Notes: generated from the letters alone by a model not told the origin. 64,000 nucleotides of DNA from Anaeromyxobacteraceae bacterium (GCA_047602405.1 JASGHJ010000001.1:32001-96000); one strand, 5' to 3'; shown: positions 50,439 to 60,615, counted from the first letter of the stretch. Translations and numbers: made by a program.

Positions 50439-51753
50439 CTACTCGTCGTCCAGGGGCGGCAGTGTCGCTCCAACCCCGAACGGACCTGTGACTCCGCTGC
50501 CAGGGACGAACACCATTGATACAGGCGGTTCCTTTCCGAACCGCCTTGAGCCCGGCACGAAGTGCGCGTGTTCCTGAAAGTCGAAGCGTCCGCCCATCGT
50601 CACGTCAATCTCGAACTCGTTGAACACAAGCCACCCGAAGCGCTTGCGCTTCTCCTTCAGTGTCTCAACGAAGTGCTTGAGCTCCGCGACTCTGGGCCCA
50701 ACCCCCGCGATGCGTTCAAGGCAGACGTGAAGAACTGTGTCTTCTCCTGCGGCCTCAAGCTGTTCAAGTCCCTTGAAGACGCGGGCGTAGCCGAACCTTC
50801 TGGCACGCTGCATGGCCTTTTCGTTCGTAACTGCCCACTTCACCCCAGCTACCCAGGAGAGGGCAACCGCGTAGGACGGGCCCGCCATACGTCCACGGTG
50901 AGCATCTACCAGTCCATGCCAGGGCCCGCCCGAAGCGTATTCGAATTGATCCCAGAAGTACGCGGGCGAGGGGATAAGGATGAGGTTCTCGGGCGGGTCG
51001 AGAGGGACGAGCCCCCTGGCGAAGACGGTCCCTTCGGGCCTAACGATCGCACCACCTGAGGCGAGTGCGCCGAAGGCATCCCGCACCAGCTGTTGTGGGT
51101 CGAGCTGCGGCGTTTCGGTGGCGATCTTCCACTCGATAACCGCCGACACCTTCTCCGAATCGAGCACATGAATCAGTGGTGTCGTTGCGTCGCGTACCGC
51201 GTCACGGATGCGTGGGGAAGCGTCCGTCATCCGATCGAACTTCTTGCATTCGACGTGTAGCCGGCCCCGGCGAGTCTGAACCGAGAAGTCAGGGGTGGGC
51301 GTGGAAGACGCGGGGATGAACGCGAGATCTGTTATCGCCGGGTGCACGGCGTACCGGGCCGCGACAACAACCTCGAAAAGCGCCGCCTCGAAGTCATCGA
51401 ACTCGATGGCGCGTGCGAGACGGTCGAATCCGTTGCTCGTACCCGGAAGAGTGGGTCGTGATCGTTCGGAGCGCTGAGGCGAGTATCCGCGTGAAGGGTA
51501 GATAGCGCGCAACTCGAAACACATCGAAGAAGAGTGAGGCGTTCGGCTGTCTTAGGTGGCTCTCAACTACGAGAAGCACCCGGACAAGCGCGGGAACTTG
51601 AACCTCGTGGTCGGCGATCTTGTCGTAGTACGTGAGAGGGATCTGCCCACCGCTCAGGTAACTATCGAGAAGGCGCTGATCGACCGATACCCCGGTCAGC
51701 TTCCTGATCTCCGCGATGTCCGCTTGAATCGCCTGTCGCTCCGGCGCGTCCAT
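50439..51753 (-). pseudogene. PD-(D/E)XK nuclease-like gene, frameshifted near 51428
   Basis: ALFEVVVAARY...TPDF...VECKK. Two overlapping ORFs join (GYEQRI|DRLAR) if one base is removed. Confidence 0.6.
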
Positions 51754-52048
51754 GCCTGAACGTAACACCTGGTCGGGCGGACAACGAGAACCTCGCAAAC
51801 CGTCCGTCCGCCCGTGCGACGGCCGTGTTCCAGAAACGTCCTAGAACGGGCCTACGGCGGTCCCTGCAAAATTGGGCCGTCCGACGACGTGAGGTGCCGC
51901 ACCGGAACCGACCGGAAACGGAACGGCCAACCGGGGCGCACCGTACACGTCATCCGGGAGGCCGCGAAGGCGGCGGGGCCATACGCACGCGCATCTACCA
52001 GTCACGTGGCGGAGGACCGTCCGTCTTGGTAGCCTGCCATGACAGGCC

Positions 52049-52795
52049 ATGCCGAAGACCTTCCCGGACCTGACCGAAGCGATCGGAACACTTGCCGCAG
52101 CGGTCTCCCAGTGCGCAGAACGCTGCGCCGGTGTCAATTGCGGCCGCGAGGCAGGGGTTCTTCCCCGGTGCCTGTTTGTAGAGCCGGGCACGAACCGAGG
52201 GGGAGTCGGAGACCTCGAAGGCGGCACCGTCGTCGTGGGGCTGAATCCAGGGAAGATGAAGAAGCCCGAGGCCCGCAAGGTCAACGCCCTCCTGGACGCC
52301 GTCGGGAAGGGAAGGGACGCATTCAGCGCAGATGACTGGCGGGCCTACACGGATGCCTACTACGCATGGATGCGAGATACGATCGCCAGCAAGGTGCCCT
52401 ACTACACGCTGCTTCGGCTCCTGGTCCGAGCAGGCGGCAGAAGAGGACCGATCCTCTGGACTGAGATCGTCAAGTGTCAGTCAAAGGACAACGAATCAAC
52501 CGCAAATACGAAGCGTCGTAAGGGCCTGTATAGAGGCCACCAGTCCACGGTGAGGCGGTGTACGTCAGGCTTCCTGGTGAGAGAACTGGATGCCGTGCCG
52601 AAAGACTGGCCCATCTTGGCAGCTGGAGCGGACGCCTTCGACTGGCTATCCGCCAACGCAGATGGGCGGACTGTCGTCGGGGTCCCGCATCCGTCAGGAG
52701 CTGCCTTCCAGTTCTTCACTCTCTTTGCTCCCGTGGGCCTTAATACGGATCGCTTCGAATGGAAGAACGGAAAATGGCATTCCGCCAAGCAATAA
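52049..52795 (+). CDS. Uracil-DNA-glycosylase-superfamily fold protein
   Basis: VVVGLNPG (motif A), LWTEIVKC, ILAAG..A, VPHPS (motif B). Confidence 0.65.
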   Translation: MPKTFPDLTEAIGTLAAAVSQCAERCAGVNCGREAGVLPRCLFVEPGTNRGGVGDLEGGTVVVGLNPGKMKKPEARKVNALLDAVGKGRDAFSADDWRAYTDAYYAWMRDTIASKVPYYTLLRLLVRAGGRRGPILWTEIVKCQSKDNESTANTKRRKGLYRGHQSTVRRCTSGFLVRELDAVPKDWPILAAGADAFDWLSANADGRTVVGVPHPSGAAFQFFTLFAPVGLNTDRFEWKNGKWHSAKQ

Positions 52796-52850
52796 ACCGT
52801 TGCGCCGACGCGAAGACCATGGAATCGGGGCGGTAGACCAGGAGGCGTTC

Positions 52851-54377
52851 GTGAAGGCTCTCCACGAGGTTGACACGTTCGGCGGCATTGATGCGGACGC
52901 AGACACCCTGCTCGACGAGTGCTTCCAGGACCACGAAGCCTACTTGGAGGCGGTGGCTCACAAGCGGCCAGTGGTTCTGGGACGCAAGGGAAGCGGGAAG
53001 ACGGCCATTTTTCGGAAGATCATAAGAACCCGAAAGCATGACTTCTTCTCGTTTGGCCATACCTTTTCAGACTACCCATGGCACCACCACAACCTCCAGG
53101 CGCAGATTGGGGTGCCCGAGGAACTCCGCTATGTCCAAAGTTGGCAGTATCTCATTCTCCTGACGACGGCGAAGCTGCTTCTCAACCAGGACCAGAGTCA
53201 GCCCTGGAGTGAGACCGCGCAGGAGGAGCTGAGCCGCATAGAGAAGTTCGTTGTCGATTCGTACGGAACCCGGGACCCAGATGTCACGCAACTGTTTTCA
53301 CCTGCGAAGCGCCTACGCATTCGTCCGCACATTAGGATCGGGAAGGAATGGGCGGACCTAGGGCTCGATCTTGAACGCCTTCCGGTCTCTGACCTCCCCC
53401 GTGTACTTCAGGAGGTCAACGCGAATGTGAGTCGCGCCGTGGTCGAGTGCCTTAATCCGGAACTCGACTACTTCGTCTGCTTCGACGAGTTGGATCGCGG
53501 GTTCGACCTGAAAAGCGCCACCTACGGCAACATGCTTATCGGCCTGTTGCTCGCGGCGAAGCTGCTCAACGATCAAGCGCGAAACGCCGGGAAGCGCTTC
53601 TCTGTCGTAGTCTTCCTCCGAGACGACATCTACCAGACCCTCAAGTTCGAGGATAAGAACAAGGTCAGCGAGACCCTGGTATCTCGGATCGAGTGGGACT
53701 CAGCACGAACCAAGTGGACACTCCAAGCGCTCATGGAGCGTCGCTTTGAGAAGGTCATCGGCGATGGCGCGAAAGTCCCGTGGTCCACGGTGTTCGATGA
53801 GCTTCATCAGATGCCCGGTCGTCAAACGAAGTACCAGCACATGCTCGACCGGACGTTTCGACGCCCCAGAGACATCATCAAGTTCAGCAATGAAGTGCTT
53901 CATGCCTTCAAGGCCAGGGGGCAGTACGCCGAGACCACGTTCACAAATGACGACGTAAGCAATGCACGCGCGCCGTACTCGGAATACCTGTTGAGAGAGC
54001 TCGAGGACGAGGTGCACAAGCACCTGCCCGCGCATGAGGAGTACTTTGAGATTCTTCGCGCCGTCGGAACCGGACTGTTCGGCCGCGAGGAACTTGAATC
54101 GACCTGCAAGAAGCGCCCCGACCTGCTGAAGGACGGAAGCACTCCCATCCAGGTCTTACGCCAACTCTTCGAGTTCTCTGTCGTCGCCTATCAAAAGACC
54201 GGCGGCGTCGGTGGAGGATCGGAGTACGTGTGGCGACATATCGAAACGCGGGCGCGCTTTGATGAGGCAGCCGTCTACTTCAGGGTGCACCCTGGACTTG
54301 TCGAAGCACTGGGCCTGAAACGGTACGGCTGGAAGAAGCAAGGCGGCGGTGCTGACGCGGACGCAGAGCCCGCCTGA
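52851..54377 (+). CDS. P-loop ATPase (Sll1717/FunZ-like)
   Basis: FG.IDA..D, LGRKGSGKTA, FDELD, FLRDDI, RPRDII. GGAGG RBS before the GTG start. Confidence 0.8.
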   Translation: MKALHEVDTFGGIDADADTLLDECFQDHEAYLEAVAHKRPVVLGRKGSGKTAIFRKIIRTRKHDFFSFGHTFSDYPWHHHNLQAQIGVPEELRYVQSWQYLILLTTAKLLLNQDQSQPWSETAQEELSRIEKFVVDSYGTRDPDVTQLFSPAKRLRIRPHIRIGKEWADLGLDLERLPVSDLPRVLQEVNANVSRAVVECLNPELDYFVCFDELDRGFDLKSATYGNMLIGLLLAAKLLNDQARNAGKRFSVVVFLRDDIYQTLKFEDKNKVSETLVSRIEWDSARTKWTLQALMERRFEKVIGDGAKVPWSTVFDELHQMPGRQTKYQHMLDRTFRRPRDIIKFSNEVLHAFKARGQYAETTFTNDDVSNARAPYSEYLLRELEDEVHKHLPAHEEYFEILRAVGTGLFGREELESTCKKRPDLLKDGSTPIQVLRQLFEFSVVAYQKTGGVGGGSEYVWRHIETRARFDEAAVYFRVHPGLVEALGLKRYGWKKQGGGADADAEPA

Positions 54378-54679
54378 GTCCATCCCGCCTGCGAGCGAGG
54401 TGTCGCCGTCGGCTCGCGCAGCACTCGTATCGCTCCGTATCCGCTTTGGCGACCTGAACGTCGCGTGCCTCGAATCCGGTTGCGATCGAGATACGCGAGA
54501 ATCTTCAGATGCGTTTCGTCTGTTGGAGACCGCGCCTGCGGTCTGCCCCGGTTCCGTATCAACCGTTTCGGGGCATCGTTTCCAACCCCGCGAGAAACGG
54601 CGCACGTCTGAGTCACACGCTACGGCGGAGTGGTCCTTCCAGTCGGAACGGAAGGCCGTCTCACTGTCAGACGAACGCG

Positions 54680-55774
54680 TGCGGATTCCGGCCAACGTGA
54701 ACACCGAGATCGCCGCAACGTGATCGCCGAGATCGGGCATCGTGATCGGAGCGAAGCGACGCTGGCTGGTTCACTTGTCGGACTCGGAGCTCTCCTTTCG
54801 CCGTGAGGGCCCCTTTAGCACGAGGCGATGGGAGTTGTGGAGGACGCGGTCGCAGACGGCGTCGGCGACGGTGGGGTCGCCGATGTGATCGTGCCACCGC
54901 GTCGTCGGCACCTGGCTGGTCATGATGGTCGAGCGGGCGCCGTGCCGGTCCTCGACGATCTCGAGCAGGTCGCGGCGCTCCTGGTCCTTCGGCGGGGCAA
55001 GGCCCCAGTCGTCGATGACGAGCACGTCCACGCGAGCGAAGCGGGCGAGCAGGTTCGCGTAGGTTCCGTCGGCGTGCGCGAGGGTGAGCTCCTCGTTGAG
55101 CCGCGTGGCGCGCCGGTAGATGGCGCGGAAGCCCTTCCGGCAGGCTTGCTGGGCGAGCGCGCAGGCGACGTAGGTCTTGCCGGTACCGGTGGCGCCGGTG
55201 ATGACGACGTTCTGGTGCTCCTCGACCCAGCGGCAGGTCGCGAGCTGGCGGACGGTGGCCTTCTCGAGCTCGCGTCGGGCCGGGTAGTCGATGTCCTCGA
55301 TGCAGGCGTTCGCGAGACGCAGCTTCGCCTCCTGGAGCACGCGGACGAGCCGCTTGTTCTCGCGGTGCAGCCACTGGGCGTCGATGAGCATGCCGAGTCG
55401 TTCGTCGAAGGGCAGCTTCTGGACCTCAGGATTCTTCTGCTGTTCGACCCAGGCGGCGGCGAGGGCGTCGAGGCGCAGCGCGCGCAGCTTCTCCATCGTG
55501 GGTTCCGTGAGCATCGCTTCTCCTGTCAGTGGTAGTAGCCGCCACCCCGCACGTTCTCGTGGGTGGCGGGGGTGGCGCCCTCGGCGACTTCCTCGGCCGG
55601 CGAGGGCAGCCGGTCGAGGCCGTTCTTCAGGATCGAATCGACGTGGCGATAGGAGCGCGCGCGCACGGCGACGGCACGAGCGCACGCCGCCTCGAGTCGC
55701 TCGTCCCCGTACCGCTTGCCGAGGCGCAGAATTCCGAGGCAGGAGCGGTAGCCCTGCTCGGGATGGCGGCGCTC
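54680..55774 (-). mobile_element. IS21 element A, right half (istA C-terminus 55526-55774, istB, IR), inverted
   Basis: HPEQGYRSCLG...HENVRGGGYYH. IR TGCGGATTCCGG. Flank AACGCG is the reverse complement of CGCGTT. Confidence 0.92.
54771..55514 (-). CDS. istB: IstB ATPase of element A
   Basis: GATGTGKTY, VIDDWG, MTSQ. Confidence 0.9.
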   Translation of the reverse strand: MLTEPTMEKLRALRLDALAAAWVEQQKNPEVQKLPFDERLGMLIDAQWLHRENKRLVRVLQEAKLRLANACIEDIDYPARRELEKATVRQLATCRWVEEHQNVVITGATGTGKTYVACALAQQACRKGFRAIYRRATRLNEELTLAHADGTYANLLARFARVDVLVIDDWGLAPPKDQERRDLLEIVEDRHGARSTIMTSQVPTTRWHDHIGDPTVADAVCDRVLHNSHRLVLKGPSRRKESSESDK

Positions 55775-56018
55775 TGTCGAGGGGCGCGGTACCTGATCCA
55801 CCAGGAGCGCCCAAGCTGATCCACCCAGGGGCGGGCATGGTGATCCACCCATGATCACCCATACTGATCCACCCCAGGGGCGGGGTAACTGATCCACCCC
55901 GCAGCTCCCCACAGCACGACGTCGAGGCCGCCGCCGAGAGGCGCGCGGAGGGGGCGTCGTGCGCCTTGTGGCAGCCGCGGGCGCGTGCCACTCCGGGCCT
56001 TTTGCCTGGAGGGCGTGG

Positions 56019-57599
56019 ATGGCAGGGAGGAGATGCGACGTGCTCGACGTTCGCGAGATGTTGCGACGGCTGCGGCTCGGCGAGAGCGCGCGGGCGGTGG
56101 CGAAGGGGCTCGGCGTCAGCCGCAATACGGTCCGCGAGTACGTGGCCTGGTTCGAGGGCGAGAAGCTCTTGGCAGGCGACGCGGCGACGCTGCCGACCGC
56201 CGCCGAGCTCGAGGAGAGGCTCGCCCGCACCGAACCCGTCCAGGCGCCTCCGCGGCTCATGGCGTACCACGACGAGATCGCCGAGCTCGTGGGCGCCGGC
56301 CTGCAGGTCAAGGTTGCCTGGGAGCGGTTCTCGGTGGCGCACCCCGACGTGCGCGGGAGCTACACCGCGTTCCGGCGCTTCGTGCGGCGGTACGTCGACG
56401 AGCGCCCGCGGCGCGCGGTCGTGCGGCTCGAGGTCGGTCCGGGCGAGGAGGCCCAGGTGGATTTCGGCTACGCGGGGCTCATCCCGCGGGCGCCGGGCGA
56501 GGCACCGGCGAAGACCTGGGTCTTCGTGATGACGCTCTCGCACAGCCGGCACCAGTACGTCGAGCTCGTGCAGGACCAGACCGTCGGGACCTGGCTCGCG
56601 CTGCACCGCAACGCGTTCGAGTTCTTCGGCGGGGTCCCGCGCAAGGTCCTCCTCGACAACCTGAAGGCCGGCATCATCAAGGCGTCGATCACCGATCCCG
56701 AGGTCCAGCGCGCCTACCGTGAATGCGCCGAGCACTACGGCTTCGTGATCTCGCCCTGCGTCGCGCGGACGCCCGAGCACAAGGGCAAGGTCGAGCGCGG
56801 CGTGCAGTACGTGAAGCGGAGCTTCCTCGCCGGGCGCGCCTTCCGCGGCCTCGTCGACGCCAACGGCGAGGCCATCGACTGGGTCGTCGACCACGCCGGC
56901 GCGCGCGTGCACGGCACGACGCAGGAGATCCCGATCCACGTCTTCGAGGCGCGGGAGCGGCCGGCGCTCATCCCGCTTCCCTCCAGCCCGTTCGATCTCG
57001 TCGAGTGGAAGCAGGCGAAGCTCCACCCCGACTGCCACGTCGTCTTCGCGCGCAGCTACTACTCGGCGCCTCATCCCTTCATCGGCGAGCGGTTGTGGCT
57101 GCGCTCCACCTCGCGGGTCGTCCAGCTCTTCCGCGAGCACCAGCTCGTGGCGACGCACGGGCGGGCGCTTCGGCCGGGCCAGCGCGTCACCAACCCCGCG
57201 CACCTGCCACCCAAGAAGCTCCGCTACCTGATGCAGACGCCGACCTGGTGCCGCGAGCGCGCTCGCCAGATCGGGCCAGCCACCGGCAAGTTCATCGAGC
57301 TGCTCCTCGGCGACGAGGTGCTCGATCGGCTCCGCGGGGCCCAGGCCACCCTGCGGCTCGCCGAGTCGGTGGGCGAGAAGCGGCTCGAGGCGGCCTGCCG
57401 CCGCGCCGTCGCCTGCGACGCGATCCAGGCCAAGACCGTGCAGCGGATCCTCAACCGCGGCCTCGACCGGGAGCCCTTGCCCGGCGACGCCGCGTCCCCG
57501 CTACCACCGCGTGCCGAGCCGACCTACGCGAGGACCTTCTTCGACCTGTTCAACCCGGCCGACACGGCCATCACCCAAGGAGAGACCCAGTGGACCTGA
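56019..57599 (+). CDS. istA: IstA transposase
   Basis: Identical translation to 39891-41471. Confidence 0.92.
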   Translation: MAGRRCDVLDVREMLRRLRLGESARAVAKGLGVSRNTVREYVAWFEGEKLLAGDAATLPTAAELEERLARTEPVQAPPRLMAYHDEIAELVGAGLQVKVAWERFSVAHPDVRGSYTAFRRFVRRYVDERPRRAVVRLEVGPGEEAQVDFGYAGLIPRAPGEAPAKTWVFVMTLSHSRHQYVELVQDQTVGTWLALHRNAFEFFGGVPRKVLLDNLKAGIIKASITDPEVQRAYRECAEHYGFVISPCVARTPEHKGKVERGVQYVKRSFLAGRAFRGLVDANGEAIDWVVDHAGARVHGTTQEIPIHVFEARERPALIPLPSSPFDLVEWKQAKLHPDCHVVFARSYYSAPHPFIGERLWLRSTSRVVQLFREHQLVATHGRALRPGQRVTNPAHLPPKKLRYLMQTPTWCRERARQIGPATGKFIELLLGDEVLDRLRGAQATLRLAESVGEKRLEAACRRAVACDAIQAKTVQRILNRGLDREPLPGDAASPLPPRAEPTYARTFFDLFNPADTAITQGETQWT

Positions 57600-58372
57600 T
57601 CCATCAGCTCACCCCGATGCTGAAGAGCCTGAGGCTCAGCGGCATCCTCGAGACCCTCGAGCAGCGCAACCGCGGCGCCATCGACGCCAAGCTCTCGTAC
57701 GTTGAGTTCCTCGCCCAGCTCGTCGAGGACGAGGTCGAGCGGCGCGCTCAGCACAAGCTGAAGATGCGGCTGCGCCGCGCGGCCTTCGACCCGCAGAAGA
57801 CGCTCGAGACCTTCGACTTCACCGCCTGCCCCAAGGTCTCCCAGAAGGAGATCGCCGACCTCGCCACCTGCCGCTTCATCGAGCAGCACCAAAACGTCTT
57901 CTTCGTCGGCCCCTCTGGTGTCGGCAAGAGCCACCTCGCCCAGGCGCTCGGCCATGAGGCGTGCCGCCGCGGCTACGAGGTCGTCTTCATGACGGCCGCC
58001 CGCGCGCTCGCCCACCTCGCAGCAGGCCGCGCGGACGGCACCTACGAGCGCCGCCTCGCCAGCTTCGCCCGCCCCGACCTCATCATCCTCGACGACTTCG
58101 GCCTGAAGCCCCTCCGCGCGCCGGCCCCCGAGGACCTCTACGAGATCGTCGCCGAGCGGTACGAGAAGGGCTCGATGATCATCACCTCGAACCGCGCCTT
58201 CCCCGAGTGGCCCGAGGTCTTCGGCGAGCCGCTGCTCGCGAGCGCGGCGCTCGACCGGCTCGCCCACGACGCCCACCAGATCGCGATCACCGGCGAGAGC
58301 TATCGGACCCGCGCCACCCGCAAGCGCACCGCCGAGAGGAAGGGCGGAAACGAGGCGCGGGCCGACGCCTGA
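57590..58372 (+). CDS. istB: IstB ATPase
   Basis: Identical translation to 39118-39900. Confidence 0.92.
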   Translation: MDLIHQLTPMLKSLRLSGILETLEQRNRGAIDAKLSYVEFLAQLVEDEVERRAQHKLKMRLRRAAFDPQKTLETFDFTACPKVSQKEIADLATCRFIEQHQNVFFVGPSGVGKSHLAQALGHEACRRGYEVVFMTAARALAHLAAGRADGTYERRLASFARPDLIILDDFGLKPLRAPAPEDLYEIVAERYEKGSMIITSNRAFPEWPEVFGEPLLASAALDRLAHDAHQIAITGESYRTRATRKRTAERKGGNEARADA

Positions 58373-58434
58373 TCGGGCCGAGGTGGATCACCATGCCCGC
58401 TCTCGGGGTGGATCAGTTGGGGGTTTCTTTGACA

Positions 58435-58939
58435 CAACCCGAAGATCGGTCGCGACTGGATGCCGAGAGGGCTCCGGCGCTACGTGCTCACGCCCGGCCA
58501 GAACAGGAAGCGGTTCGTCGCCGGTGCGCTCAACGCCACGACCCGCAGGATGACCTGGGTGGAGGCGCCGACCAAGGCGAGCGAGCTCTTCCACAAGCTC
58601 GTGTGGAAGCTCCTGGGCGAGTACCGCGCTGCGCGGCGCATCCACCTCATCCTCGACAACTACATCATCCACTCGAGCAAGAAGACAAAGCGCTTCCTCG
58701 CCCAGTTCGGCGACCGCGTCGTGCTGCACTTCCTGCCCCCGTACTGCCCCGACGACAACCGCATCGAGCGCGTGTGGCTCGACCTGCACGCCAACGTGAC
58801 GCGCAATCACCGCTGCAAGACGATCGAGGAACTGATGGTCCAAGTCATCGCCTTCCTGCGCGCCTACAACCAGCGGAAGAAGCTCAACCCTTCACTCAAG
58901 CTCGCGGCCGGTGTTTCCGGATCGCGATCGGTCGTTTAG
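58435..58939 (+). mobile_element. IS630 element, C-terminal transposase fragment and right end
   Basis: NPKIGRDW continues DEMDVHL. LILDNYIIH, LPPYCP..N.IE.VW. Confidence 0.88.
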
Positions 58940-60198
58940 ATGACGGGCTCGGGGCGCTTGGCAACCTCTTGGAGCATGCGCGTGTGCTCCTTCGGATCTG
59001 CCCGACGCAACGCCTCGAAGAGGTCGATGCCCCGAAGCTCCCGAACCTTCCGCGCTGTCGCATTGAACATGGAAGGATCCCAGGTGCGGGCAAACCCAAC
59101 GATGTCACGCAGGATGCGCTGCAACTCTTTTTCGCAGACCTCCTTCTTCGTGAGGTCGGCGTAAGTCAGTCCCGTCACCTTCGCGAGCTCGCGCAGTTGC
59201 GGCTCGGTGTACACATCGACTGGGAACCTGTCTTTCTTGTGGTTGTTGCACGCCCCACATAGACAGGTCGCATGCTCGTCGATGGGCCAGAGATAGGCCA
59301 TCGGCCGAGTGTGATCGAGCTCCACATCCTTGAGAGCGAGGGGCGTCTTGCACCGGAAACACTTCCGACCGAAACGGTTCCAAACGATGCTCTTGAGCCC
59401 TGCACCCTCCCGTTCCTTGATGGCGTACAGGGCTTCCGGTTCACGCAGGAACAGCTTTCGTTCCCGAGTGATGACCGAGCTCTCGTGAAGTTGGTCAACC
59501 GTCCGCTTGGGATTGAAGTCGTCGTTGATGCGCCACTTCTTGCAGGCGCGGCACTCGTTCTGATGGCCCGTTCTCTTGGCGTTGTGCTTGTGAAACGCGA
59601 GCGTCGCGGGCCGCTTCGTGTCGATAGGCAGCAGCCGCTGGCAATACGCGCACTTCTTCAGCGGGATCGGATCACCGTGTGCCGCCGCGGTGACGGCGTT
59701 CTCCCAACTGCCCATGGCGCGGACGGTCGGACTGGTGTGCGCGAGGTAAAAGGTTTCGGGGACAAGATGCGGCGACGCGAGTTGCGCCACATCCATCTTG
59801 AGCCCCTCAGGTTGACGAACGAGACCCGCATCCAGTCCCCAGAGGCATAGGTCCCCCGCCTCCGTTGGCAGGACGAGCTCGACTGCGAGCTTACCGGGCT
59901 CGGAGGCAGAGCTGATGCCGAAGCGGGTCCAGTGGCGACCGGCGTGGACTCGGACGGACGCGGTTCGGCTCGCAGTCGAGAGCCGGACCTCGACTTCGCA
60001 GGCCCTACGGGCCTTGAGGTAGCCGCCCGCGCATGCAGTGCCGCTTCTTCCCCCCAGGTCGGGCGCGGCGAACCGCAGAACGGCAACGCCAGGCGTAGGT
60101 CCGAGACCTACGAGGAGAGACGGCGCTTCCTGAATCGCTTGGTAGTCCCGGCTCGAACGGACGGCGTCCTTCCGAGACTGCTTCGCCAACCGGCGCAT
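58936..60198 (-). CDS. SapI/BspQI-like HNH type IIS restriction endonuclease
   Basis: LKKCAYC.RLLPID, HQNECRACKKWRIN, LDHTRP.AYLWPIDEHATCLC..CNN.KKDRFP and the N-terminal MRRLA..RDYQ match my recollection of R.SapI. Not verified by search. Confidence 0.8.
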   Translation of the reverse strand: MRRLAKQSRKDAVRSSRDYQAIQEAPSLLVGLGPTPGVAVLRFAAPDLGGRSGTACAGGYLKARRACEVEVRLSTASRTASVRVHAGRHWTRFGISSASEPGKLAVELVLPTEAGDLCLWGLDAGLVRQPEGLKMDVAQLASPHLVPETFYLAHTSPTVRAMGSWENAVTAAAHGDPIPLKKCAYCQRLLPIDTKRPATLAFHKHNAKRTGHQNECRACKKWRINDDFNPKRTVDQLHESSVITRERKLFLREPEALYAIKEREGAGLKSIVWNRFGRKCFRCKTPLALKDVELDHTRPMAYLWPIDEHATCLCGACNNHKKDRFPVDVYTEPQLRELAKVTGLTYADLTKKEVCEKELQRILRDIVGFARTWDPSMFNATARKVRELRGIDLFEALRRADPKEHTRMLQEVAKRPEPVI

Positions 60199-60615
60199 GC
60201 CCCCTCCCAGCGGGGGCAGCGTGGCACGACCGGGCTAGGACTTCAATCACTCAGAGCTCACACATTCTTGGGACCTGAAGGACTGTTTCAGGCGCTCTCG
60301 TCGTGGCTCTCGTCGTGCTGAATGGTTCCGCGCCAGGACGGTCTCCTCGGGCAAGTTGATGCGGTTTCGCGATTCCCGGCCCGTCGTACCACTATCGAGG
60401 TTCGGATCATCCTTCGCGCCTCCGGGGGTATGCGACGCCATGGCCCGGTGCCGTCGGCGTTCCGCCGGTTCCGGGGCCCGCCCCGTGCACCGGGGGAGTT
60501 GTTCCAGAATGCAATTTGAGGGTTTTGGTGCGTTCCGGGGCACGTCGCCGCGACAGAATCCGACCCGACGAGTCCCGCGTTTCCCTTCGACAGGCAGGCA
60601 TCTCGGCGGTGAGTC

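Larger units (their letters stand above)
55775..58434 (+). mobile_element. IS21-family element B, copy 2 (2660 bp)
   Basis: Same termini and identical translated ORFs as copy 1, in the opposite orientation. Confidence 0.95.

Noticed and set aside
54771..57203. 810-aa IstB fusion (likewise the 549-aa IstB and the 407-aa ORF at 47804-49027)
   Set aside because: These are artificial read-throughs across IS junctions or upstream frames. The real parts are IstB or the resolvase C-terminus.
39056..58434. Composite transposon inserted as one unit
   Set aside because: The outer flanks (GAGCG and CAACC) do not form a duplication. The flanks pair crosswise, which indicates an inversion.
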